This document shows, one piece after another, positions 51,836-64,000 of a stretch of 64,000 nt of DNA. Made by a program: the position numbers and the translations under genes. The notes under the pieces were generated by a model, which had not been told where the DNA came from, made no database searches, and saw nothing but the letters and a program-made list of their open reading frames with translations. The stretch covers positions 69,130,001 to 69,194,000 of the forward strand of contig OX597816.1 in assembly GCA_951406725.2 (NCBI GenBank), written 5' to 3'. How positions within the stretch are numbered: the stretch's first letter is position 1; every line of letters starts with the position of its first letter. Source of the stretch: Octopus vulgaris. Its lineage: Eukaryota.

Positions 51836-51847
51836 ATTGTATATAAT

Positions 51848-51878
<31 letters not shown>

Positions 51879-51920
51879 CACGCACTCACGCGTGACTGTG
51901 TGGTAAGAAGCTTGATTACT

Positions 51921-53382
51921 ATATAGCGTTTGTCAGTTGAATTTTTGGTTTTGCAAGTGACACATGTGTTTTACTTTTTTTTTTGCTGTCTTAGCGGTGC
52001 GACATTTTTCTTTTGTTTTAATGGAGAGGCGTCGGGTGAGGAGTTGCAAAAGTGTGAATTGTTCCTCTTCTGATTTTGTAGACTCTTCTTCTTCAGACAT
52101 TGTGTCGTCTGAGGAAGAAATGGAGGAGTGTTTGAAGAAGATGACGAAGTAAGGGAGACGAAGAATTATGTAGAGTTGACGAAAGAAAGAAGCGAAGACA
52201 TGAGGCTGGAGAACGTGAGCAAGTTCACGGAATGGTTAAAAGGGAGGGGAATGAAGTGAAGGTCTCTCCACAAAGGAGTTTTAAAAGAAACAAGTGAGAA
52301 GACAATAATTTACAGAACGTACACTGTGGCAGCCAGGAAAATTGAGATCATGTCAACGGCTCAAATAGGAAAGGGACTTAAACCAACTCGGCAGGGAAGT
52401 ACCTACCTCGTTAGAGGTAGAAAAGTTAGAACAGGGAAGATGCGGTCTCGGGAGGTAGCTACTGCCAGGCTGAATTCAGCACCACCGCTAAGAACTGATG
52501 AAATAGTTCTTCTACCCGTATACCATGGGAGACGTGCTTCCAGGGTTAGGGTAGAGGATATATCCCCAGAAGTGGATGTAGCCTGGCTGGTAGCAGCCAT
52601 ATTGCTACGCATGGGGGAGAAGGTGGTTGTCCTCCAGGCCCTCAGAACACCTCACAGGAACTAGTAAGAACAGAGCCTCGATACAGTGGTACACGTTGCA
52701 CTGGAAGGTATAGAAACAGGTGGGGAAACGCGAAGAAAGAGAAAAAAAAGGCACACGCTGTAAAGGACAATCCCCATCCCAGACAGCTCCTACCCAAATC
52801 CACTCTACTCCAACCAATCCCTACAGGCACTACTCCTCTCCATGCCCTACCTGACATTAACATAAGCGCAAACACACAGGAGACCCAAATTTCCCCACCG
52901 TCGCCCTTGGAAAAATGTTATAATGTACAGTGGAGACAATGCAGAAGTGTATAACGAAATAGACTCGTGGGACAATGTTAAAAAAGTGGGTGTATCAGGC
53001 ATAAAGGGAATGCCCGAGTACATTCGTTGTGTAGTGGCAGACCCAGCATACATATCAAGATTAAAGGACTTGGAGGAAAACCATGACTATGTGTCCTGGG
53101 TCCAGAAATCAGACACCAACTCAACGACTAAGCAAGTAAGTGTTTATGATATTTTAAAGAGGGTCAATGTAAATCTCATTTAAAGGAATGATAATTAGCT
53201 GTCGCTAATAATTATTATAAAAATGTATTAACAGGTTCCATGAAGTCGCACGGAGGTGGAGCCCATCGGCTTTATTTCATCTTTCATTATATTAATTTAT
53301 TCTTTCTATTCGTTTTGTATTTTGTCCCCACCTTGAGCTGTCCCTCCTACGTACAGCCTCTGTGACCAATTTCACAAAATAA
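51921..53382 (+). mobile_element. Internally deleted L1/Tx1-like element, unit 1 (ORF1 remnant)
   Basis: Starts tagcgtttgtca. Encodes MERRRVRS..SSSSDIVSSEEE and ...LLPVYHGRRASRVRVEDISPEVDVAWL. Ends tgtccctcctacgtacagcctctgtgaccaatttcacaaaataaa. Clade assignment is inference. Confidence 0.6.
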
Positions 53383-53396
53383 AGAAGCTTGCTTCC

Positions 53397-53907
53397 GGTG
53401 TAGCGTTTGTCAATTGTATTGTTGGTTTTGCGGTGATGTTTTCCCTTTTGTTTAATGGAGGGGCGTCGGGTGGGGAGTGGTGAAGGATTGTATTCTTCTT
53501 CTTCGGACTTTCTGTCACCTGAGGAAGAATTGGTGAAATGTCTAGATAGAAGTGGAGACAAAGAGTTACGCAGAGGCGGCGAAGGAAATAAAAAAGAAGA
53601 AGCAAGTAGTGAACAAGCTGCGAGTGACTGGAAATAGGTAAGTGGGACCAAAAGGAAAAGTAAGGGTTCAAACCTGGCGGCTGGATGTCTTTCCTTCAGT
53701 TACACATTGCAAAATTTGCAATGATCATCAAGTTTATATTGAAATTTTTTTTTTTAAAAGAAAAGATGTCATTTTTAACAGCATGACGTATATATTTTAT
53801 CATTCGAAACTGTTAAAATCGTAATAAACAAGTTCTTCACTCTCTATGTCAATCTGTCCTTCGTTGTCCCATCTATGTACGGCTTCCATAGCCAGTTTAT
53901 GAAATAA
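53397..53907 (+). mobile_element. Internally deleted L1/Tx1-like element, unit 2
   Basis: Starts tagcgtttgtca. Encodes MEGRRVGS..SSSSDFLSPEEE. Ends tgtcccatctatgtacggcttccatagccagtttatgaaataaa. Both ends are homologous to unit 1. Confidence 0.6.
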
Positions 53908-54902
53908 AGAAGCATGGTTCCGGGTTCAGTCCCACAGTGTGGCAACTTGGGTGAGTGTCTTTTGCTATAGCCTCGGGCCAACCAAGCCTTGTGAATGGAT
54001 TTGGTTGACGGAAACTAAAAGAAGCCCGTCGTATATATATATATATATATATATACATTTATGGGTGTCTGTCGGTCGGTACTTGTCCACCCCTCCCTAT
54101 CCCTTGACAATCAATGCTGATGTGTTTAAGCTTCGCCGTTCGGCAAAAAAGAGACCAATAGAATAAGTACTAGGATTACAAAGAATAAGTCCTGTGGTCG
54201 ATTCGTTTGACTAGGCGGTGATCCAGCATGGTCGCAGTCAAATGACTGAAACTAGTAAAAGAGCATATATATATACACAAAATATATAATTATATAATTG
54301 TAATGAGGACACTAATGAGTAGCGACACATACTAGAAACAGACGTCGAATTGTTCTAAGAACTACATTATTTACCATATTGGCATGGGCTGAAAGTGAGG
54401 GAAGTGAATAGAAAAGATTTTTAATAAGGAATTAAACATAGATCGATTTCTCGTTCAGGTATGTAAGTCCCTTTACTGTCATCAGTATGATACAAGTCAG
54501 TGTGTATAAATATAAACATTTATACATACCCATACGAATATATTAAGCGTCCACAAATGCATATACAAGTGTTATACAAATGTATACAAGCAAAATCTAA
54601 TTCGTTCACGTCAGCCACATGCTTATACGATCTAAAAATAATACCGGAGTGAATATATTTATCAAAGTGTTTTATATGTTTATTTATATGTAATTAAGGA
54701 TAAAATCTTAATAAGTTTTATCAAGTAGCCAGCATGTAATAAATCCATAGATATATCGAACTAGAATATCTGTTCTATACGCCTATTTGTTGCAGGTTAG
54801 CTTTCTGGGAAAGATTCTTACATGAAGCCAGGGGGTAGCAAACCCTCGGACTCGTGTAGGCAGCAGATTGGCATAAAAACAGAATACATATACTATGTAT
54901 GT

Positions 54903-55057
54903 GCGATCGGGCTGTGTGGTAAGATACTTCCTTCCCAACCACACAATTTCGGGTTCAGTCTAACAGCGTGACACCTTCGGTAAGTGTCTTCTACCATATA
55001 CTTGGGCCGACCAAAGCCTTGTGAGTGGATATGGTAGACGGAAACTGAAGAAGCGCG

Positions 55058-55129
<72 letters not shown>

Positions 55130-55325
55130 GTGTGTGTGTGTGTGTGTGCCAGTATTCATCCTCCTCGAGAGCTTGACGACCGATGTTGGTGTGTTTATGC
55201 CCCCATAACTTAACTTGACGGGAATGCTAATAGAAGCACCAGCCCTTACAAAAATAAGTACCAGTGTTAATTCATCGTCTAAAAAATCTTGAAGGCGGCC
55301 ATCTGCCTCATTGTATCTGCAGTCT
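54903..55325 (+). mobile_element. SINE A
   Basis: ggctgtgtggtaag...gggccgaccaaagccttgtgagtggat...(TA)n(TATG)n(TG)n...ccgatgttggtgtgttta. Confidence 0.85.
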
Positions 55326-55361
55326 AATAAGTAATGTAATATATATATATATACATACATG

Positions 55362-55686
55362 CATACTAGAGGGAAACCACCATAAAAAAAAAAGTGGTCT
55401 AGCATATGAAAAAACTGAAGTGAAACATGTATGCGAATAATCCATATTTCTATTACCATTTCTTATGTCTTGCTCGATTACGTTTTGGTTGTTTTGCTAA
55501 ATTTTTCTTGAGAATATTTCTAAGTGGTAAGACCATAGCGGATCTATTACTAGCATAAGGGTGTCCACATAGTGGTTTCCCTCTAATATGTATATAATAC
55601 AATTTTACTGAACTATATGCTAGACCATTGGTGTGAAATCGATGTTAATTAAATCAATATCCAATTTCTCACCCTCATTTTAAATT
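55362..55686. mobile_element. Fold-back element related to 9411-9752
   Basis: catactagagggaaaccac (55362) / gtggtttccctctaatatg (55572-55590). ~95 bp tail ending caatttctcaccctcattttaaatt at a TA tract. Confidence 0.55.
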
Positions 55687-57944
55687 TATATATATATATT
55701 ATTTCATATATAAACTAAAGAAACTGACTACTTACTTAGAGAGTCTACGTTAAAATCTGTGGTTATATATCGTTGTTAGTATACTTTCGCACTGCAGATA
55801 AAAAGAGAATCGAAACACATTTAGTAGGTTAATGAGCCAACAAGGTATTTATTAAAGTGTCCCACGACCTAGTGAGGGCAGTAGACAAATTTCTCTAGCT
55901 CAATTACTTCAATACCTATTTAATAAAAGTATATTACAGAAATCAGTACTGAAACATTATGATATTGAAAAGAGGAAACAGAAAGAAAAAAAAGGGGAAA
56001 ATGATTTTGGTTGAACGATCGATAAGATTATTGATATAATGATATATGTTGTGCTGTTATTACATAAACTAATAATCTCCCTAAGTATAATAACATCAGA
56101 AATACTTCAAGCAGTATACCGTGTCCCCGCCTCCCCGCGTGCTCCATACAGTATAATATATCACATAATATATTATCTTTGGCATTATATATTAATTTTC
56201 GCCTCGGAACTCTTTCACATTATACAAAAAGAAAGAAAAAAAAACTATAATAACAGACGTCTGTCACGCTTTCGTATTTCATCTCGCACTACAGTTTCCA
56301 TAAAAATTGTTTAAAACGACATCATCAACAACAAAGACAATTGTAATGAAATCGAACTTGCTTCTTTCGAATGAACAATACTCCTCTACCCCTTACCGAC
56401 CCAGTCTTTGCGTGACTTTTCTTAAAACTTGGGCAAAGGCCAAGATAATTTGCTGTTTCTAGACATATACTCTATAGAGAGTTGCTCGCTGGTCATATTA
56501 AATCGCTCAAGTAGCTATTTACTGAAACAAGATCAAAGGTTGTTCGCCGTAACCAAGATATAACTGAAGTCTATCAAAGATTGATTGTCAGAAACTATAA
56601 TTAGTCTCGACATCTCCAACTTTCTAAAGGCTTCAAGAGGATTTCGGCTTCGATCGTAAAAATGCATTTATAACACGTGTCAGCCAAACATACACTTGGC
56701 ATTGTGTAATTAATCATTAAATAATTAAATACTGAAATATTAAACTAATGAATTAATTCATCAAGGTAATAAAAGAATGTAATAAAATGTAAATACTTAA
56801 TGAAAGTAATCAATACAATTTAGTATTGATTTTTAGAGCATTTCTCATTAAATTAGTTTCGTTTCTGATAATTTTAGGATAGTGATTTGATTTAGTTCTT
56901 TGTTTCACAATGTTCTTAATATCTTTATTATTTATATTGCTACTCATCAAATCTGTTGTTTGAAATTTCTATATAGTTTCGTTTTCGATTTAAAACAATT
57001 TAATAGCTTTAAAAAAAATGTAAGTACTATTTACCTTCCATAATTCAGAATTGTCTGAACGTTCACTATAATTTTGCTGGTGAAATTTTATTATTCATGT
57101 TATGGTTGTTATTTTCTGTGTGGTCATATAGCGGAAGTTTTCTATCTTCTCAAATGTTTGGTTTCTTACAGTTGGCACAAAGCCAAGATTTTGCAGAGAA
57201 ATTTATTCTATTGAATTAACACTAATATATTGATGGTACTTACAAACATCAGTAAGATAAATGAATTAATTTCTTCGAATTACCATTGGTACCATTTCAA
57301 TATTTACTCTCATCCTTCTCTGTTTTTATTTTTATGATAATATTTCAATTCTTCTTTGGAATGGTGTATTTCGAAGCAAATAATGCTTTAAATAATAATA
57401 TCAAAATAATGAGTTAAAATTCCTTTGGATAGAGGAAGTCGTTGGTGGCCCGTGAGACAGAAAGCTAAATCTCCTGAAGGCAGGACAGATTTAGATCTAT
57501 CATAGCACTAAAGCTATATTTTGAATTTATCATTCTGTTTTAGAAATCTAATTTTTACCAGCGAAAATTAGATGTTGTTAACGCCATAAGAACTTATATC
57601 TCGAAGCGAGTAAATACTGGAAAGAAAATATTAGAAAGTTGTTTTATTTTTCGTGTTTTTGCTTCCGGATAACCGTTTCAAAAAAGAATTATTTTGCATT
57701 CCCAAAATTATAAATTCTTACAGCATTAAATATTATTGTTGACTTTTAGCAAAATGTCAGTGTCCAAAACCAGACGATCTAGGAAACACTCTGAATTCAC
57801 ATCTGAAGAACGCACTGAGGGATTCGTACTGTCCCTTCTATAAAACTGCATCTTCAAATTTACTTCCATCTTCGCAATATGTTTTGTAAGTTTTGTAAGA
57901 TGGCACCTTGCTTTCTCCTAAGTTTTTAAGGTTTCAACCATTAC

Positions 57945-58097
57945 GGGGCTCTTTCAGTTTCCATCTACCAAATCCACTCACAAAGCTTTGGTAAGCCCGT
58001 GGCTATAGGAGAAAACAAGGTGCCATGCAATGGGCCTGAACCCGGAACTATGTGGTTGAGGCGAAGCAAGCTTCTTACCAAATAGCTACGCGTGCGT
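57945..58097 (-). mobile_element. SINE A 5' half
   Basis: tttcagtttccatctaccaaatccactcacaa...cttcttacca. Confidence 0.8.
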
Positions 58098-58102
58098 CTA
58101 CA

Positions 58103-58148
<46 letters not shown>

Positions 58149-58170
58149 TGTAGACGCACGCGTGGCTATT
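58081..58170. repeat. 90 bp palindrome centred on (TA)n
   Basis: aatagctacgcgtgcgtctacatgca-(TA)n-tgcatgtagacgcacgcgtggctatt, one mismatch. Confidence 0.95.
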
Positions 58171-58477
58171 ATATATATAATTATAAATTAGGGTATCTAC
58201 GAGATACCAACATGCTGAAAATAGCAGCCATGAACCGACTCAAATCCACCTTAAGTTTTCATATAGCAACATGTAGAAAAGACAGCGACAAGATGAAACT
58301 AGTAAAAAAATACTGGATAATACTAAATCCCAGATTTCTGACTTTGCAGTAGAATGCACTCAGAATGAAACATAAATACATATATATATATACGAATACT
58401 TACATATACGAACGTATACATACATATATATGCACGTATGCATCAAGGCTAGTACAAAATGCCCGCTATCTTATCGT

Positions 58478-58516
<39 letters not shown>

Positions 58517-59058
58517 TTTATTTAAAGCAGCAGAAAATTCAACAAACCCTGTTACTCTGAGTATAAATCTCTTCTACAATGTAACAGATGTTATCAATAA
58601 GCATAAATGCTAAGGTAACGATACTGTGGTATGTAATGCTCCAATGGGATTATGAAATTGAAAGAATATAAAGACCATAAACATTGAAAGATAGATGAAG
58701 TACTTATGGATAAAGAGGAAAATAAACCTGTTATATGGTGGATATTGCAAGGCCTGGCGATGACAGCGTATCGGAAAGAGAAGGTTAAATATGATTCTTT
58801 AAAATGGTACATATAAAGGCTCATCATTGAAAAATGTGTGTATTGTACGTATTGTTGTTGAAACTTTATCCAGCTGAAAAAGCGTATTGCGAAGACAGAC
58901 AGATAGATAGATTGATAAACAGATAAATAGTCCAGTGGCCTGTTACAAAATGAGCCACTGTTTCATCAAACAAGATTCAATCCACCGTAGGTTTTCATTG
59001 AGTCGTCTTTTTTCTGAAGTTAATCCAGCAACGGAACACAGACAATCGAGGATTCTTT

Positions 59059-59095
<37 letters not shown>

Positions 59096-59102
<7 letters not shown>

Positions 59103-59393
59103 GGGTGTATGGCTCCAATCTTACAGGGAAACATTAGATTTAGGATTAAATCAAATTTCACAGTATATATATATAAAATATGAATTAGAGATAAAACCAC
59201 TATTAGGCAACTCAAACAGTGATAGACAAAAACCAATACATAAATAACAAATAATATAAATATAATTAATAGAATATATAAATATATAAAATTTAAAATT
59301 TATATTAAAAATTTTTTTTTTAATTTCATATATATATGATATGTCTATCACTGTTTGAGTTGCCTAATAGTGGTTTTATCTCTAATTCATATT
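59096..59393. mobile_element. Fold-back element with perfect 52 bp arms and one-sided tail
   Basis: aatatgaattagagataaaaccactattaggcaactcaaacagtgatagaca (59177-59228) and its exact reverse complement at 59342-59393. Tail 59096-59163. TA tracts on both sides. Confidence 0.75.
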
Positions 59394-59635
59394 ATATATA
59401 TATACATATATAATGTGCACTTTGCTTTTTCAGGTAAACTATATCCAAGGGAAAGGCAGGAGCAGATACAGCTTGGCACCTGTGACGTCGCAACTCATTT
59501 CTACAGCTGAGTGAACTGGAGCAACGTGAAATATAGTGTCTTGCTCAAGAACACAACATGCAGCCCGGTCCGGGATTCGAACTCACAACCTTACGATTGT
59601 AAGCTCGACGCTCTAACCACTGAGCCATGCACCAT

Positions 59636-59670
<35 letters not shown>

Positions 59671-60654
59671 GTATATATATCATTTTTAGTACAGTATGAT
59701 GTGATGCTGTGTGTGTTTAATTTTCATAGGTAACAGACGAAGCAACTCTCTATACACAAAATAGTTGTGTATAGAGATACACAACATCGTTTCCTAATTT
59801 GTTATATATTTTCAGAACATCCCACAAGGATTGCATGTAAATTAGCTTTCCACTTTTGTACGAAAATATTTACTCAATTTTGACTGAATGATCTATCATA
59901 AATTTTCACCAATAAATCATATTTTCCTTGAACAGAATTGCCTCGAAATTATTCCGTTTCTTTTTTGTTTTTCTTTTTGCTCTTTGTAAGTCAATAATTG
60001 TTGCCGCTAGGATTTATATTTTTATTTGAGTTGTTTCGCTACAAAGTGACAATTTTCAATTCTTTACAAATATTTTGTTTTCATCATTCATTTCATTAAC
60101 TTTCATTGTGACACATATTTTTGATTATGTATGTAGATATAAACGCGCCTATAAAAATATATGACATGATTCTTAGAGCAAAAACATGGGTACATCAATA
60201 TATTAACATGAAAGCAACAGTTAACAGCCTTCATATAAAATTTCAGTGAGAATTATCTAATTAGAAGGGCATTCAAAACCTTCCTCTATAAATGGAACAA
60301 TAGATAAAAACTCCACAGAATTAAACAAATATCGAGCAAAACTCAAGTTTACAGAGCAATGGTAATAGAAATAAACCTGAAACTACACTTATTAAATATT
60401 CACGCAGTACGCTGAAAGTGTGTTATAGGAATAATTTGTATAACATCTATATATATTAAAAATATCGCATCATGAGAAAGACCGCAAAATATATTGCATT
60501 AATCCATAATCTAAATTTAATGACGTCTCACAGTATCACTTAAAATGCAAAAGAAGACCAAACAGAGAAAAGCATACAAAATCAAAATCAAAACAAATTT
60601 CAGACATTAATAAACTATCAGCATGTATACTCCAGAATAACCTGCTATTGAACT

Positions 60655-60961
60655 ATAGTGTCTTCTTTCTCGAACCATGCCTGGCTCATAAGGGCCGGTT
60701 TCCCGGTTTACTTTGCGTATAGTTTCCCCACCTGGACGGGACACCGGTCCGTCGCAGGTGAGCTGCAAGATACAGGAGGAAAGAGTGAGAGAAATTTGTG
60801 GCGAAAAAGTCAGCAGAAGTTGGCCACCACCTTCTGCCGGAGCCACGTGGAGCTTAGGTGTTTCGCTCATAATCATACACATCGCCCAGTCTGAGATTCG
60901 AAACCGCGATCCCTAGATCCGCGAATCCGCTGCTCTAACTACCAGGCCATATGCCTCCACA
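60655..60961 (-). mobile_element. tRNA-derived SINE (family C relative)
   Basis: Minus strand tggaggcatatggcctggtagttagagc...ggtttcgaatctc...cctgcgacggaccggtgtcccgtccagg...gaaaccggcccttatgag. Confidence 0.8.
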
Positions 60962-61269
60962 TTGGACAATAACACTCATAAATTAAATAATAAATGTGAA
61001 AGATGTAAGTGGCTCTTCTGCAGCAATTATTTTGGATATACAAATGCGACACTCTACCTGTAGATCACTAAGAACCTGGTTCGTAATATTGACGATACAG
61101 CAGAAAATGAGCTTAGATATAAAAACATGTTTGGAATACATTTAAGCATAGCTCTCTAATTATTATATTGGGTAAAATAATACCAGTAACAGCACACAAT
61201 GCCAAAAGAAGACAATACCCATGAGGTTTGCAAGGTCTCCGGACGGGTCATATTCATGATATATTCATA

Positions 61270-61522
61270 TCATTCATTATCTTTTGCAACTGTTGCAAGT
61301 GTAAGAAAGACACTGGCAAGGAGAAGATCCCAATGTGTAGGACTAGGTTCTGGAGAGGAAGGACTGAAAATAGTGGTTAGTGTGATGACTGGATGGTTAG
61401 AAACGACAGCGTTGACGAAAGAGGGAGAGGTGCGGGTGTAGCTAGTGCATGAGTAGGACTTATGACAGCCAGTTCCGATGAAGAAAGGCTGCTATAGTGA
61501 CCAACAATAGAAGAGGTTTCCA
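61270..61522 (-). pseudogene. Decayed CR1/Jockey-group LINE 3' coding end
   Basis: LFYC..SSSELAVISP...HTNHYFQSFLSRT...W..L...VF pattern. Weak. Confidence 0.35.
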
Positions 61523-63081
61523 ATTCTGAAAATTGTTTCAGTCATTAGACTGCAGCCATGTTGAGACACCACTTAGCACGTTAAATAAATGCTAATGTTA
61601 ATCTAATTAATAAAGTAAGGGAAACAGATCTGATTAGACACATACGATTAGAAGTCGAACTAAACTGAAAGTGTAATTTATTTTAATCATGGCAATAACA
61701 GAGACGTATCCAGACATGTTCCGTTTTCATTAGATCTTGTAAAATATTTGCATATGGTTAGTTGGTAAAATATATTGGTTGTATTCTTAGATTTACATTG
61801 AAATATATCTATCCTCAATTATCTCTTTAATGCTTTGCACCAGTCTCAGAAATGTCAATAATCAATTACTCTTCTCTGTTGGTGTTCCAGTCTGCCAAAT
61901 GATATTTGTAATATTAATGACCTACATCATACATAATTATGTTGTTGATCTCTATTTGTGGTTTCGTAATGGATATTTCTATAAAATTCATTCAAGTAGT
62001 TCCTAATTGGTCGACTTTTATTTACAAACATCTCTCTCATGATGCCAACTTATATTTGTAATTGTTATCATGAATGTTCTAAAAGATTTATTTTGATTTA
62101 TTAGGACTAATTTAATTACGACACTAAGACAAACATTTCTGTCGTTACATGTTGCGCAATGTTGACAGAAAACCAATTTTTGTATATAGCAGTCCTCAGA
62201 AATACATTTTGATATCAAATTAAAACAATGTCAAGATACAAGATTATTGCCCTCGCCGATCCCACACTACTCGAAGATAAAATACAAGATGATCACATAT
62301 CAGCCATGTCAAGGCTCACCTTGGATTAACCTGAACATAACATTTAAAAAAGAACAACTAAAAGCAGCATTCGTTGCTTGCAAACAAGTATGAAGAGGTT
62401 GGATGTACCACGTTTTCACTAGTTTCTTTAGGTACCTATATCGTAGTAACGAGGCATTGAGCCATAATTGACCCACTCCTAATTGACTGAGGAGACCAAC
62501 TAGGATATGACAGCTGGAAGAACGCGTGTATGCAGCTCTACCCATGGTACATATTACAGCTGAGTTGACTGCAGCAAAGTGAACCGAAGTGAATTGTTTA
62601 TAGGCACAACACAACCTCCGATCCAGAAATCGAACCTTTGATTTTGTAATCGGAGCTCAACACAATAATCACAAGGTCATAAAAAAAACGGAATATTCAA
62701 GAAAATAAAAAATAAATGAAAGCAACTTAGAAGCCCCTCCACGATCGCTCAAGTTGCTAGAAATAGCGATCAAATTTCTCTCAAATCACGCTCTTGTACT
62801 AAAGGAGGAAGATGAATTTATAAACTAAAACTGAAAGAGGAAAATGAACATGATGAGCATAGTTCGAACATCATTGATGATAGATCCACTCGATCATGGT
62901 TTATTTTGCGGTTAATCAACAGCAACAATATTACGTTTCGAAACATCGTTTATATTAAGGTTAAATATTATATTAATAGAGAAATACTATATGATGAAAT
63001 TACATTCAAATAAAATACACAAGTAACAAGACGGAGAACTCAAATACAGTTTTCAGAGATTACTTCGACTGTTATTTTATA

Positions 63082-63242
63082 GGCGTAGGAGTGGTTGTGT
63101 AATAAGTAAATTGCTTCCGAACCACATGGTTCGGGGTTCAGACCCACTGCATGACACCTTCGGCAATGTCGTCTACTATAGCCTCGGGCCGACCAAAGCC
63201 TTTTGAGTGGATTTGGTAGACAGAAGCTGAAAGAAGCCCGTC

Positions 63243-63291
<49 letters not shown>

Positions 63292-63500
63292 TGTGTGTCT
63301 GCGTTTGTCCCCCAACATCGCTTGACAACCGATGCTGCTGTGCTTACTTCCACGTAACTTAGCGGTTCGAGAAAAAGAGGCCGATAGAGTAAGTACTAGG
63401 CTTGCAAAGAATAAGTCCTGGGGTTGATTCGCTCGAATAAAGGCGGTGCTCCAGCATGGCCACAATCAAATGACTGAAACAAGTAAAAGAGTAAAGAGAG
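63082..63500 (+). mobile_element. SINE A, full-length reference copy
   Basis: A-box gtggttgtgtaataag, B-box gggttcagaccc, internal (TA)n, 3' ggcggtgctccagcatggccacaatcaaatgactgaaacaagtaaaagag. Confidence 0.92.
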
Positions 63501-63696
63501 TATATTGTATATGAAATCTTCGATGAAATATTGCATACGATACATCACCAAATAGTGTCGGTCAAAGCGTTAGTGATAATGCGATTGGTTATACTAACAA
63601 TTTTAAGTTTTTATGTATATATAAAATCAGGTGCTTCGATATATATACACGTACACACATACTCACTCACACATACACACACATATATATATATAC

Positions 63697-63752
<56 letters not shown>

Positions 63753-64000
63753 ACGTTACAAAAATCGATGCAAGTATTATACATTTTGATATATTAGTAT
63801 AGACATGTAGATGTATATAGATACTGATTAATTTCTTTCGCTACTTGGTCATGTGTATGTTAAAACAACTCTAAAGTTTTACTTTGACAAAATTCACTTT
63901 TACTTGTTTCATATGTATTATATTAATTGAAATATTTTTTACTTACTATTTCTATATTTTATGCGTACATGTCAGCACTGACAGTTTGTCATGATGTTCT

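Larger units (their letters stand above)
51886..54263 (+). mobile_element. SINE A split by two tandem LINE-derived inserts
   Basis: Head gcgtgactgtgtggtaagaagcttg at 51890-51914. Body resumes catggttccgggttcagtccc at 53913 and ends aaatgactgaaactagtaaaagag. Confidence 0.85.

Noticed and set aside
58513-58562. Possible truncated hammerhead 3' half (rc actcagaGTAacag) next to (TA)n
   Set aside because: Both core boxes are absent.
2585-59393. Calling the fold-back elements ordinary TA-target MITEs
   Set aside because: The conserved one-sided tails, hammerhead motifs and GIY-YIG remnant do not fit TIR transposons. Elements lacking a hammerhead (9411, 48060, 55362, 59096) remain less certain.
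6326-63797. Long ORFs rich in YI/CV/HT repeats (e.g. 13289-13867, 49689-50072, 27619-27963)
   Set aside because: They are translations of (TA)n/(CA)n microsatellites, not genes.

Overview
This is AT-rich eukaryotic non-coding DNA full of microsatellites. The SINE families and (TA)n/(CA)n density look like an Octopus (coleoid cephalopod) genome; that is recognition from memory, not a database result. I found no host protein-coding gene, and nearly all listed ORFs are microsatellite or SINE artefacts. Supported features: a decayed DD37D (maT) Tc1/mariner element with both TIRs; CR1/L2-group, R4/Dong-clade and probable L1/Tx1 LINE remnants; non-autonomous Helitrons; MITEs; and about 30 copies of three tRNA-derived SINE families. 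Two patterns stand out. (1) At least 7 asymmetric fold-back elements (inverted arms plus a one-sided 30-95 bp tail) sit in or against (TA)n tracts. About 10 minimal type I hammerhead-ribozyme motifs with palindromic stem III occur in or near them, and one element keeps a GIY-YIG C-terminus. This points to a (TA)n-targeting Penelope-like retroelement system that integrates by fold-back. (2) A Tx1-like LINE derivative has inserted twice in tandem at one site in a SINE head, and a second SINE family carries a similar 3' tail and nests inside its own head.
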